Counted from the first letter of the stretch, positions 20,978 to 30,232 are shown. The stretch is DNA of 64,000 nucleotides from a virus (IMGVR_UViG_3300025127_006147:96001-160000); one strand, 5' to 3'. Program-made: numbers and translations. The notes: generated from the letters alone by a model not told the origin.

Positions 20978-21334
20978 TTAGAAGTCCATATTATCGAATG
21001 GTTCCATAAGATTACCACGATTCTTAAATCCTACACCACCCACATAAGTTTCCATGTTGTTCATTTTTCTTCTTTCGTAGTTTAGAACTGCTAAAGCTAA
21101 CTTCCTATCATATTCCTTATCATCTGTTTCAGGGACTACACCATCATAATAGATGGAACCTCTAAAACTTCTACCAGGACCACGAAAATCCATTATCTCA
21201 TTATAATCAGAATCAGACAATTCAAATTCAACATCATCTACAGGAAGTCTGTTATCCATTTCTTCATCTTGTTCGTTAATTACTTTGTTTAAAGCTTTCT
21301 TAATATCTCTTTCAGTAATTCTAATTTTACTCAT
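20978..21334 (-). CDS. Acidic hypothetical protein with an ITERDI...VINEQ leader
   Basis: Probable start ATG at 21334 (MSKIRITERDIKKALNKVINEQ), just downstream of the TATTTATA motif at 21349-21356 on the minus strand. Confidence 0.6.
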   Translation of the reverse strand: MSKIRITERDIKKALNKVINEQDEEMDNRLPVDDVEFELSDSDYNEIMDFRGPGRSFRGSIYYDGVVPETDDKEYDRKLALAVLNYERRKMNNMETYVGGVGFKNRGNLMEPFDNMDF

Positions 21335-21373
21335 GGTATTCTTTTTAATATAAATATAAACAAGGTTAAATAA

Positions 21374-21400
21374 AAAAAGGGAATCTTTCAATCCCCTTTT
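21374..21400 (-). terminator. Intrinsic terminator
   Basis: Minus-strand hairpin AAAAGGGGAT-TGAAAG-ATTCCC followed by a T run, downstream of the Cys-rich mini-ORF. Confidence 0.6.
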
Positions 21401-21417
21401 AATTAATTATTTAGTTT

Positions 21418-21480
21418 TTAACAATTGCAACAAGTACATTCACATTTGGTAGTACAGTTACATTCTTTACAATCACACAT
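21418..21480 (-). CDS. Metallothionein-like micro-protein (20 aa, 9 Cys)
   Basis: MCDCKECNCTTKCECTCCNC*; A-rich start context AAAAACTATT-ATG; missed by the ORF track. Confidence 0.65.
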   Translation of the reverse strand: MCDCKECNCTTKCECTCCNC

Positions 21481-21490
21481 AATAGTTTTT

Positions 21491-23800
21491 TTATTTACTA
21501 GCGTGATATCCAGCTAAAATTTCTTCACAGTCTTTTTTAGAAGAACATTTTTTAAAAATACCACCTTTTTTATTATTCATTATAACCCACTGGCCGTCTT
21601 TTTTTTTGATACATCCAGAACCTCCTTCAGATTCTGCACATCCTTTACCTTCTTTATTTTCCTTAAGAACTCTGTCTACGATTTTGTAAAGGTCAGCTTC
21701 TGTAAGTTTGATTACATTTTTATTAGATTTTTTAGAAATAGATTTTCTTCTAGGTTTTCTAGACTCAGATAATTCTTCTCTTTCGTCTTTTTCTAAATCT
21801 CCTACTAGTTTAAGTAATTCTGCTCTACTCATGTCTTTTACATTACCTCTAAATCCTCTGGAAAGGTCTTGAACAGGTGCGGAGTATTTTCCAGTTTCTG
21901 CACCTCCGAAAGGATTGTAAGCTTGTGAAGAAGTACCAAATTTTAATCCACCTTTACTGAAACCTCTTCTTCCGAAAGAAGGAGATGTATAAGAACCTCT
22001 AGCTCTCTCACTTCCTTTTTTACTTGTTGGAGCTTTTGTGGGAGTAGCACTCTTTCCAGAACTTTTACCAAATCCCTTAGGTATTAAACCACCGAAGTTA
22101 AATAAAACATATGCACCTTCAACACCAGATAGAGCAATAGTCTTAAATTTAAACGAACTAATTATACCTTCATCCATTTCATTTTCTTTAAATGCAGCTC
22201 TCATTCCCTTATCAAATGCTTTAGCGTCTGGACCTCCTTTAACTAAAGCTAATTGATATTCTCCAGAATTTACTAGTTCATACTCAAAGTCTACACCATC
22301 TATGGTAGCTTTTTCCACACTTCCAGGTTTTAAGTTGTAGGTAGACTTACCAACAGTAATATTTAAATCTGTACTAAAACCAGTTTCTTTGTTCATTTTA
22401 TGTGGACCTAATGATATACCTGGTTCATTAAGATTTGTATCTTGTGTCATAGTACCACCACCTTCACCGAATTCTGGTTTACCTTTTCCACCACCCATTT
22501 CTGTCGAAATCATGTCGTTAAATAGCATGTCAGGTGTAGTACCTGGATAATTACCATCTTTAGGTGCCCCTGCAGTCATAGTTAAAAATACAAATCTAGT
22601 AGTTCCTAATTCTTTGTTAGCTCCCATATTTACCTGTGAAACTTCGAATCCAGGATTCATCGCAGTTGCTACCTTCACATAAGTGGCAACATTATCAGAT
22701 GGTACTGCTAATAAACTAAATGGCCCAAAACTATATAGTGCCATTGGAAATCCTGCTAACTTATTACCTGCTGTGTATCCCTCTGGTTCTTGTCCATTAA
22801 GTTGAAGAGCAAGTTCACCATTTCTAAATGTTACATTCATAGGTGCAACCACTCCAGGAACAAGAGTTTTAGGTAAACCAGACTGTTTAGCAGAAACAGT
22901 CATTGTAGCACCTGGTGCAAATGCAGTGGTATTCGTAAATCCTTTAGCACTTTTCTTTCCTCCTCCTGGTGGTTCTTCTTCTCCACCTTTTTCTTTTTCT
23001 CCACCAGACTCTTCACCGCCTCCTTTTTCTCCACCAGACTCTTCACCGCCTCCTTTTTCTCCACCAGATTCTTCTCCGCCGCCTTCGCCGCCTCCTTCTT
23101 CTCCGCCGCCTTCGCCGCCTCCTTCACCTCCACCTTCTTTTTCTTGTTCGGTGAGTAATTTAACGTCTTCATACGACATTCCTTCTTCAAACATAATCAT
23201 TTGTTTGATTCGGTCTATTTGTTCTTGAATAGTAGTTTTCATAGTATTTTCATTTTCTTTATAAATATGTTTATATTCTTCTTTTACAGTATAAATATCA
23301 TTATTACTTGCAGTGGGTGCAGTGTAGTTGTCTAATTCAGGATTTCCTTTAGCTAATCCCACCAGATGACCAGCATTTTTTTGGTCTATATCTATATCTC
23401 CAAACACATCATAATTGTCACTATCGGTGTTGTTATTTTTAGTGTGGGACACTTTATTTTCTGGGTGAGTAACACCATGAATCTCAACATGGTCATCTCC
23501 TTTATGTTCATCGTCAGGATTTAAATAGTCTGGTTCAGGATGTAGTGGTCGTTTATTGGTTTCCTCATCGTTAAAATTATTACTATCAAACCAAGCAGTA
23601 CCTTCAAATGAAGGATTATCATTTTTTAATCTTGAAGGTCCCTTATCTATTCCTTCTTCTGGCCATCCCGAGGAAGGGTCCATTTCAGGAGTATTTGTTG
23701 GATGTATTCTATCTTTAGTGAAATCATTCTTTTTTACACCTTTTTTAATAGTCATTTTAGAATCATCTAGAGCCTCATTAAATCTATATGTAATTTTCAT
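21491..23800 (-). CDS. Large modular protein with many (L/I/V/F)xE sites and a Gly/Glu repeat (possible polyprotein or scaffold)
   Basis: RFNEA, TIQEQ, LLTEQ, LSES and IKLTEADLYKIVDRVLKE sites; GGEESGGEKG repeats; TATTTAT motif upstream (23821-23827). Confidence 0.55.
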   Translation of the reverse strand: MKITYRFNEALDDSKMTIKKGVKKNDFTKDRIHPTNTPEMDPSSGWPEEGIDKGPSRLKNDNPSFEGTAWFDSNNFNDEETNKRPLHPEPDYLNPDDEHKGDDHVEIHGVTHPENKVSHTKNNNTDSDNYDVFGDIDIDQKNAGHLVGLAKGNPELDNYTAPTASNNDIYTVKEEYKHIYKENENTMKTTIQEQIDRIKQMIMFEEGMSYEDVKLLTEQEKEGGGEGGGEGGGEEGGGEGGGEESGGEKGGGEESGGEKGGGEESGGEKEKGGEEEPPGGGKKSAKGFTNTTAFAPGATMTVSAKQSGLPKTLVPGVVAPMNVTFRNGELALQLNGQEPEGYTAGNKLAGFPMALYSFGPFSLLAVPSDNVATYVKVATAMNPGFEVSQVNMGANKELGTTRFVFLTMTAGAPKDGNYPGTTPDMLFNDMISTEMGGGKGKPEFGEGGGTMTQDTNLNEPGISLGPHKMNKETGFSTDLNITVGKSTYNLKPGSVEKATIDGVDFEYELVNSGEYQLALVKGGPDAKAFDKGMRAAFKENEMDEGIISSFKFKTIALSGVEGAYVLFNFGGLIPKGFGKSSGKSATPTKAPTSKKGSERARGSYTSPSFGRRGFSKGGLKFGTSSQAYNPFGGAETGKYSAPVQDLSRGFRGNVKDMSRAELLKLVGDLEKDEREELSESRKPRRKSISKKSNKNVIKLTEADLYKIVDRVLKENKEGKGCAESEGGSGCIKKKDGQWVIMNNKKGGIFKKCSSKKDCEEILAGYHASK
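22985..23135 (-). repeat. In-frame GC-rich tandem repeat encoding a Gly/Glu linker
   Basis: The 30-nt unit ccaccagactcttcaccgcctcctttttct is identical at 23001-23030 and 23031-23060, with degenerate copies after it. Confidence 0.85.
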
Positions 23801-23807
23801 CAGTTAT

Positions 23808-23839
23808 TTTGTTTTATTAAATAAATATTACTATATTTG
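23808..23839 (+). promoter_or_regulatory. Bacteroidetes-type promoter TTTG-N20-TATATTTG
   Basis: Exact consensus; TATTTATA also follows at 23850-23857. Confidence 0.7.
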
Positions 23840-23860
23840 TTAAATAAAATATTTATAGAT

Positions 23861-24415
23861 ATGAAGAGAAAGAAAAATTATTTTTTATTTATTGTTGGAA
23901 ACTTTACAGACCCATCTACCGTACATAATAATATTACTGATACCATTCACACTTTAACTATGTTATTAAATGAAAGTACTCTAAGATACATTCATCATGA
24001 TAATTTAATGGTGTGTCATTTTCAAAGTGTAGATACCCTAGAAGAGATAGATTGGATGTTAAGTAATACATTTAATGAAAATATTATAGCTTATTTCTTA
24101 ATTCCAAAGCCTAGACAAATGGGAGTAAGACTAGAAAAAGATTTAGAAAAACATCTAACAGATTTAAAATCTAAACCTAATACGGACCAACCTAAAATTG
24201 ACGAGAATATAGGTATAGGATTTAAACATATTGGTGAGATATTCACTTCAATGAAAGAAGACATGGATATTATATTTAAAATGCCTAATAATAAATCTGA
24301 ACTTCCTACAGTTACTTATAATGTCGATGAAATATTAGATAAAATAAATGAAAAAGGAATTAACTCCTTAACTATTGAAGAAAAAGAATTTCTAGACGAA
24401 CAAAGTAAAAAATGA
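23861..24415 (+). CDS. Hypothetical protein with a C-terminal DUF6576-like 'VDEILDKINEKGINSLT.EEK.FL' motif
   Basis: ATG at 23861 lies downstream of the promoter; the track's TTG start falls inside the -7 box. Confidence 0.55.
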   Translation: MKRKKNYFLFIVGNFTDPSTVHNNITDTIHTLTMLLNESTLRYIHHDNLMVCHFQSVDTLEEIDWMLSNTFNENIIAYFLIPKPRQMGVRLEKDLEKHLTDLKSKPNTDQPKIDENIGIGFKHIGEIFTSMKEDMDIIFKMPNNKSELPTVTYNVDEILDKINEKGINSLTIEEKEFLDEQSKK

Positions 24416-24422
24416 CAGTATA

Positions 24423-24439
24423 ACTGACAAAATGTCAGT
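24423..24439. promoter_or_regulatory. Perfect palindrome ACTGACA-AAA-TGTCAGT (candidate operator)
   Basis: 7-bp arms with a 3-nt spacer, 50 nt upstream of the sigma factor gene. Confidence 0.55.
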
Positions 24440-24489
24440 AAAAATACTATGGTATACAAATTGATTATTAACCTTATTAAATTATATAA

Positions 24490-25284
24490 ATGAAAAAAAC
24501 AGGACCCTTCATCAACCAAGAAGAAATTTCTCACTACTTAAAAGACGTGAGGAAAATAGACGTACTTACAGTTAATAGAGAAAAAATGTTAGCTAAAATA
24601 ATGTTGAACGACCCCACCCCAGAACAAAAAGAACAAATAGAAAAAGAATTAATGTTAGGTAATTTAAGATTTGTTATTAGTGTTGCAAGAGACTACCAAA
24701 ATCAAGGGGTAGATTTACCAGATTTAATAGCCGAAGGAAATCACGGACTTCTAAAGGCTATTAGAAATTTTGATTGGAGTAAAGGAAATAGATTTATTTC
24801 ATACGCGGTATGGTGGGTGAAACAATCAATATTTCAATGTCTTAATGAACACGCAAGAACCATTCGTCTCCCAGCTAATGTAGTACAAGAGGTACAAAAA
24901 GCTAAAAAAATGAGTGAAAAGGAAAATTATGTGATGGATAGTAAACTACAAAATTTGCCTTATACCACCAACTTAGATAGACCTATAAATGAAGAAGGTG
25001 ATACACTAGTTACAATAATAGAAAATGAAAATGCTCAAAACCCTGAAGATATATTTGATACTGACGAACAGTTAAAAGTAGAACTTAGAAAAATAATGAC
25101 AGTATTAGATGATAGGGAGATGAGAATTGTTGGAGACTATTTTGGTCTGACTGGTACACCTAGAACATTATCGGACATCGGTGATGATTTTAACCTAACT
25201 AAAGAAAGAGTTAGACAAATTAAAGAAAAAGCATTACGTAAATTACGTAATGAGAGTAGAGAACTTCTAGATTATATACTGTAA
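24490..25284 (+). CDS. RNA polymerase sigma factor, RpoD/SigA family (short Bacteroidetes type, no region 1.1)
   Basis: NLRFVISVA, DLIAEGN.GL.KA..FD, RFISYAVWW, RTIRLP, and region 4.2 TKERVRQIKEKALRKLR. Confidence 0.92.
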   Translation: MKKTGPFINQEEISHYLKDVRKIDVLTVNREKMLAKIMLNDPTPEQKEQIEKELMLGNLRFVISVARDYQNQGVDLPDLIAEGNHGLLKAIRNFDWSKGNRFISYAVWWVKQSIFQCLNEHARTIRLPANVVQEVQKAKKMSEKENYVMDSKLQNLPYTTNLDRPINEEGDTLVTIIENENAQNPEDIFDTDEQLKVELRKIMTVLDDREMRIVGDYFGLTGTPRTLSDIGDDFNLTKERVRQIKEKALRKLRNESRELLDYIL

Positions 25285-25314
25285 TTTATATTTATATTAT
25301 ATAATGTATGAATT

Positions 25315-26394
25315 ATGAGAGAAAAAATATTTCCTTTTCTAATAGCTTTATCCGCTCTTAGTGTTTCTGCATCCGCAGCTTTTTATTCCGTTTTTGGGTT
25401 GAGTAAATTATTTGCAGGAGCTTCCACCCAGGTAATGGTCATGGCGGGGTCACTAGAGTTCGCAAAGTTAGTATCAGCTTCTTTACTGTACCAATATTGG
25501 AGAACAATAAATAAATGGTTACGATTTTACTTATCTGTCGCAGTATTTGTTCTAATAGTGATAACCAGTGGTGGGATATACGGATTTCTTTCAGGAGCAT
25601 ATCAAGAAACTGCAACTAAGTCAGAATTATTAGATAAAGGATTAAAAGTAGTAGAACTAAAACAAACTAGATTTGAAGAACAAAAAACTGATTTAACATT
25701 AGAAAAATCACAAATAAATCAAAGTATTACCGATTTAAGAACCTCATTATCTAATCCAGCACAAGTACAATATGTAGATAGAGCTTCTGGACAATTAATA
25801 ACTACCACTTCTAGTTCTGCAAGAAGAGCACTAGAGAAGGAATTAAAAAATACAATAAGTGAACGTGATACCCTAAATGTTAGATTAGAAGCTGTACAAG
25901 ATTCATTACTCAAATTAGATAAAGAAATACTTAATTTAGAAATATCAAATGAAGACCAAAGAGAACTAGGCCCACTTAAGTATTTGGCAGAAGTCACAGG
26001 GTACCCCATGAATAAAGTAGTTAATTGGTTTTTACTACTTATTATATTTGTATTTGACCCCTTGGCTATAGCAATGGTTATAGCTGCGAATTTCGCGTTT
26101 TCAAAAACCCGTAAAAAAGAAAAAGAAGTTCCATCACCCCACTATTCACCCCAACCTACCATTCCTAGAGAAGTTATAATGCAAGAATTAGATGAAGAAA
26201 AAATAAATGAAGTAAGTACGATGGTGGGTAAAGAAGAAAAAAAATTACAACCCATAAAACCTTCTGAAGAAGACTTGAAAAAATTAGAACAAGTGTTAGG
26301 TTTAGATAAAAATGAAGATGTGATAGAAGACATTGAAAAGAATAAAAAAACACTAACTTACCGAAAAAGAGGTGGAAACAACGATAACACATAA
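25315..26394 (+). CDS. Membrane protein with a central coiled coil
   Basis: Three N-terminal hydrophobic helices, a coiled coil, then LLLIIFVFDPLAIAMVIA. Confidence 0.6.
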   Translation: MREKIFPFLIALSALSVSASAAFYSVFGLSKLFAGASTQVMVMAGSLEFAKLVSASLLYQYWRTINKWLRFYLSVAVFVLIVITSGGIYGFLSGAYQETATKSELLDKGLKVVELKQTRFEEQKTDLTLEKSQINQSITDLRTSLSNPAQVQYVDRASGQLITTTSSSARRALEKELKNTISERDTLNVRLEAVQDSLLKLDKEILNLEISNEDQRELGPLKYLAEVTGYPMNKVVNWFLLLIIFVFDPLAIAMVIAANFAFSKTRKKEKEVPSPHYSPQPTIPREVIMQELDEEKINEVSTMVGKEEKKLQPIKPSEEDLKKLEQVLGLDKNEDVIEDIEKNKKTLTYRKRGGNNDNT

Positions 26395-26983
26395 AAAAAA
26401 TTTATTTCATTATAAAAAACAATTTAATAAAACACAGATTATATTGTGTCATACTTCTAGACCTATATCATATTTTAATAATTCTTTAAAATATAGATTA
26501 GGAGGTGAATACAGTAGAATACCAACTTATACCATATCTAAAACTGGTAAAATAATAGAAAACTTTGATTCTAAATATTGTTCAGATTTTTTTGGGGTAG
26601 AAGAAATAGATAAATTTTCTATAACCATATGTTTAGAAAATCTGGGTTGGTTAAAATATAATACTTTAAATAATAAGTACGTCAACTGGATTGGTGATAT
26701 TTATAAAGGAGAAGTGTATCAAAAAAGATGGAGAGATAAGACTTTTTGGTCTAACTACCCTGATAAACAATTAAGAGCATGTGCAAAGTTAATAGTAAAA
26801 ATATGTTCTGAACATGATATACCTCTTGAAATGGTTGGACATAATGTAAAAATTGACGGAGTATTAAGTTTTTCAGGTGTAACAGCTAGAAGTAATTATA
26901 GTGAATACTGGACAGACTTGAGTCCTTCCTTTGATTTTAAAAAATTAAAAACATATATCGATGAAGAAGATGAACTACAATAA
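26372..26983 (+). CDS. N-acetylmuramoyl-L-alanine amidase-like protein (Amidase_2, divergent)
   Basis: IILCHT, YTISKTGKI, SITICLEN, Q..ACAKLI, VGH and DLSPSFD. Confidence 0.65.
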   Translation: METTITHKKNLFHYKKQFNKTQIILCHTSRPISYFNNSLKYRLGGEYSRIPTYTISKTGKIIENFDSKYCSDFFGVEEIDKFSITICLENLGWLKYNTLNNKYVNWIGDIYKGEVYQKRWRDKTFWSNYPDKQLRACAKLIVKICSEHDIPLEMVGHNVKIDGVLSFSGVTARSNYSEYWTDLSPSFDFKKLKTYIDEEDELQ

Positions 26984-27587
26984 AAAAATAGTAAACGGAA
27001 ATTTCGTAGACCAAAAATACGATGACATGAAAAGCATGTTAGATAGGGTGCGTCTTTTAAATGAACAAGTTGAGGGTGAAGTAGAAACAGCAACTCAGGA
27101 TGAAGATGAACCTAGGGAGAGACCTACAGTTGAAGAAGAATTAACAAAAGAGTATACTGTAAGTGGAGGTAAAATTATAGTACACGGTGCTTCAGAACAA
27201 GACTTAGTATTAACTGATGAAGAACAATCATCATTTCAAGAAACTATGGAACAATTTGCTGAAGAAGTATCTGATATGGCACAATTTCACCCCTTAAACA
27301 TTTACAAAAATAATGTAGAGTGGTCTGGTGACTTATTAAGATTTGATGTAAGGTTTTACTACTCTATAGCTGAGGTAGAAGGAACTTATATTGGGAACGC
27401 AAATATGATTAAAGTAGATAATAAATTTATGGAAGTATTAGGAAAGGTTAAAAATTTTTATAATACTTTCGAATCTAAATGGGCTAAAGTTTTAGCAGAC
27501 AGAAGAACAACAGAAGTAGAAAAAGAAGAAGGTTTGGGTGACGATGAACTTGCAGTCGATGTAGAAATGGATAGTGGAATAGAATAA
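26961..27587 (+). CDS. Acidic hypothetical protein with a leader ending RLLNEQ
   Basis: 208-aa ORF in the operon. Confidence 0.55.
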   Translation: MKKMNYNKKIVNGNFVDQKYDDMKSMLDRVRLLNEQVEGEVETATQDEDEPRERPTVEEELTKEYTVSGGKIIVHGASEQDLVLTDEEQSSFQETMEQFAEEVSDMAQFHPLNIYKNNVEWSGDLLRFDVRFYYSIAEVEGTYIGNANMIKVDNKFMEVLGKVKNFYNTFESKWAKVLADRRTTEVEKEEGLGDDELAVDVEMDSGIE

Positions 27588-27589
27588 TT

Positions 27590-27901
27590 ATGAAAGAATT
27601 TTTTAAAAAAACTTGGAAATATATTTTAGGATTTATAGGATTCTTTGTTGGACTAGTATGGTTTTTAAATTCTAATTCTAATCGTAAAGTTAGAAAAATC
27701 AAAGACCAAATCAAAGATAATGAAGGCGATACTAAAGTAATTAAAAAAGAAATCGAACATACAGTTAAGACTAAAGAACAGATAAAGAAAAATATTAAGT
27801 CTACTGATAAAAAATTAAAAGAGGTTAACAGTAAAAAACCAACAGTTAAACGTAAAACTGGTAAACAAGCTGCGGAAGACCTTAAAAAAAGATTAAAATA
27901 A
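27590..27901 (+). CDS. N-terminal TM plus basic coiled-coil protein (possible spanin/holin-associated)
   Basis: WKYILGFIGFFVGLVWFL followed by a coiled coil. Confidence 0.45.
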   Translation: MKEFFKKTWKYILGFIGFFVGLVWFLNSNSNRKVRKIKDQIKDNEGDTKVIKKEIEHTVKTKEQIKKNIKSTDKKLKEVNSKKPTVKRKTGKQAAEDLKKRLK

Positions 27902-28327
27902 ATGAAGGTACATTCTAGAACTTGTGTTAAGTTACTTATAGGGTATCTTGTAATATTAATTTTATTAATTATATCTGGAGGTGAATTAAAAGCTCAAACT
28001 ACTGATACATCTTTTACTTTCAGTGAAGAACAAGTTATAAAATTAGACTCCATTATACAGTCCCAAGAACAAACTATAGAAATACAACGTGAGAAGATAG
28101 TAATATTAGAATCACAATTATATAACTATAAACTATTACATAGACAGGATAGTCTTCACATAAGTCTATTAAATCAAAATGTTAGTCTATTAGATGATAG
28201 AATTAATCTTTACATAGATTTAAATAAAGAGTTAAGACCAAAGTGGTATAACAAACCTATTGTACATTTTTTCCTTGGTGCTGCCACTATAACCACTAGT
28301 GCTGTAGTTCTCAATTTAATTCAGTAA
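27902..28327 (+). CDS. Signal/TM plus coiled coil plus C-terminal TM protein
   Basis: Hydrophobic N-terminus, ELKAQ cleavage-like site, C-terminal PKWYNKPIVHFFLGAATIT. Confidence 0.5.
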   Translation: MKVHSRTCVKLLIGYLVILILLIISGGELKAQTTDTSFTFSEEQVIKLDSIIQSQEQTIEIQREKIVILESQLYNYKLLHRQDSLHISLLNQNVSLLDDRINLYIDLNKELRPKWYNKPIVHFFLGAATITTSAVVLNLIQ

Positions 28328-28370
28328 TAATCCTTAGTTTCAAAGTATTTATATAATATACTTTATATAA

Positions 28371-28628
28371 ATGGCACTTACCAATACAGATAAAAAAGAA
28401 ATAGAAAGAATAGCACGTAAAGAAATCAAAGATTTTCTTAAGACCGCGTCGTTTGAAAAAGACGTTATAGACGTTGTAGATTCCCAACTCAAAAGAAAGA
28501 ATACTAAACTTTCAAAAACACATCGTGCTGAAGTAGTTGACGTAAGCACTAAAGTATTAATAGAACTTTATAAAACATTCTGGTTAAGAAGAAATTTCTG
28601 GGACAGTCAAATTAAAAACGTTAAGTAA
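28371..28628 (+). CDS. Hypothetical protein
   Basis: 85 aa; TATTTATA at 28346-28353. Confidence 0.55.
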   Translation: MALTNTDKKEIERIARKEIKDFLKTASFEKDVIDVVDSQLKRKNTKLSKTHRAEVVDVSTKVLIELYKTFWLRRNFWDSQIKNVK

Positions 28629-28630
28629 AT

Positions 28631-29398
28631 ATGAATGCATTAGACCAACATGAAAAAAATATGAAAAGAATGATTAACAATGTTAGTCAAGAACTAGGAC
28701 CTAGAAAGGGAATTGAAGCCGTTAAGTCAAGAGACGAACTTATGAAAGTAGCTGAAATTGGTGAAGAGATTAACAAAGAGGAAGAAATGGATGAAGTGAC
28801 TAGTGCTGGTTCCGCTGGAGCTTTTGTAGCTCCTATGGGTTGGAATAATGATACTGGTATGAGTAAACCTCAAAACGAAGAAGAACTGGATGAGATGACA
28901 GGAAGTGCTTCAGCAGGTGCTTACTCCCAACCAGCTATATGGGCAAAAAATAGAAAAAATTGGAGAGCTGTTAGTGACCCCAACTTCCCTAAGTATGGGG
29001 GACCAGGAGCTAAATATGTTAGAGTAAAAGAAAAATGTAGAAAGTTCCCGTATTGTAATCAAGGAGATATAAACGCTTTAGAATTTTACGAAGATAAAAA
29101 TTTACAAGAAGCAATTAAAGTGGTTTCTAAAAAAACTAATAAGTCAGAAAATTATATAAAAAATATAATTCTACAAGAAATGGAAAGCATGTTTAAAAAA
29201 GACATGAAAAAATACCAGACAGAAAAAATGAAACCTTATAAAAAGAAAAAGAGTAAATACACCAAACAAGAAGTAGAAGAAATGATTAGAAGAGGTTTTT
29301 ACCACTCTCCTATCACATCATTGGTGGGTAACTTTAAAATGAATAAACCTATAGGTCAAATTTATTCTATGAAAGGTAATAAACCTAAGTACGAATAG
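28631..29398 (+). CDS. Hypothetical protein with a duplicated (M/L)DE-x-T-S(A/G)-SAGA motif
   Basis: EEEMDEVTSAGSAGAFVAP and EEELDEMTGSASAGAYSQP; KCRKFPYCNQG; LQEA and ILQE sites. Confidence 0.55.
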   Translation: MNALDQHEKNMKRMINNVSQELGPRKGIEAVKSRDELMKVAEIGEEINKEEEMDEVTSAGSAGAFVAPMGWNNDTGMSKPQNEEELDEMTGSASAGAYSQPAIWAKNRKNWRAVSDPNFPKYGGPGAKYVRVKEKCRKFPYCNQGDINALEFYEDKNLQEAIKVVSKKTNKSENYIKNIILQEMESMFKKDMKKYQTEKMKPYKKKKSKYTKQEVEEMIRRGFYHSPITSLVGNFKMNKPIGQIYSMKGNKPKYE

Positions 29399-29436
29399 GA
29401 CCGAAGATATATTTATATATTATAAAAGAAAAAATT

Positions 29437-30180
29437 ATGTCTAATATTAAAGTAAACAAAAAATTGAAAACTACCATTCAAGATATATTCGAGAGTGAAT
29501 TAAAACCTATGGTTCAAAAAGAAATGTTAAAAAAGAAACTTAAAAAACAAATTAAAGAAGCAAAGGACACCTATAATTTTCCTGGTTATGTTATAACTAA
29601 TCAGGCATTAAAAGATTCTGCTAAACAGAATACTGATGCTATGGATATGGTGTCAGATAAAATTAAAAAATATTTAGACTTTAAAAATAATTCTAATCCA
29701 GAATTTCCACATCAGAATAATTCTAAAACGGACTATCAGTCACCAATGTATAGAAATAGTACAGAAGAAGAAGAATATATTGAAGATTGGAGAGGTATGG
29801 GACTAAATAATATCCAATATCAAAATAAACCTAACAAACAGTTTGAAGACCAGGTAAACGACTATATTGATGGTTCTATTAGAACTGGTAATAATACAGG
29901 TAAAGATAGTAGTGGTCAACAAGTGGGTAACGTAGTACCTTCTAACCTTGGTAAAAATATTAAAAAACAAACTCAAAGAAAATACAAAAAACTTCAAAGT
30001 GATGAATGGGCTGAAGCTATACCAAATAAATACGGTAAGAGAAAAGCAAACGCAAATTATATGGTAGCTGAAGCAATCAATGAATTAACACAGAATGTGT
30101 TAAAAGAAGGTATTAAGAATAAATCACAAAGACAGTTTATTTCTGAAGAGGTAAAAAAAGAATTAAAAAGACGAGGATAA
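29437..30180 (+). CDS. Hypothetical protein
   Basis: 247 aa; TATTTATA at 29410-29417; IKEA, VLKE and FISEE sites. Confidence 0.55.
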   Translation: MSNIKVNKKLKTTIQDIFESELKPMVQKEMLKKKLKKQIKEAKDTYNFPGYVITNQALKDSAKQNTDAMDMVSDKIKKYLDFKNNSNPEFPHQNNSKTDYQSPMYRNSTEEEEYIEDWRGMGLNNIQYQNKPNKQFEDQVNDYIDGSIRTGNNTGKDSSGQQVGNVVPSNLGKNIKKQTQRKYKKLQSDEWAEAIPNKYGKRKANANYMVAEAINELTQNVLKEGIKNKSQRQFISEEVKKELKRRG

Positions 30181-30232
30181 TTTTAAATTATTAATTCTTT
30201 ATTAAGCCTAATGTTTCCATATATTTATTATT

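Noticed and set aside
22985-23135. Tandem repeats as a possible CRISPR array
   Set aside because: The units are contiguous with no spacers, are multiples of 3 nt and lie in frame within a gene; no cas genes are present.
22900-23228. ORFs 22900..23190-, 22926..23228+ and 22969..23154+
   Set aside because: Alternative-frame and antisense shadows of the GC-rich Gly/Glu repeat inside 21491..23800.
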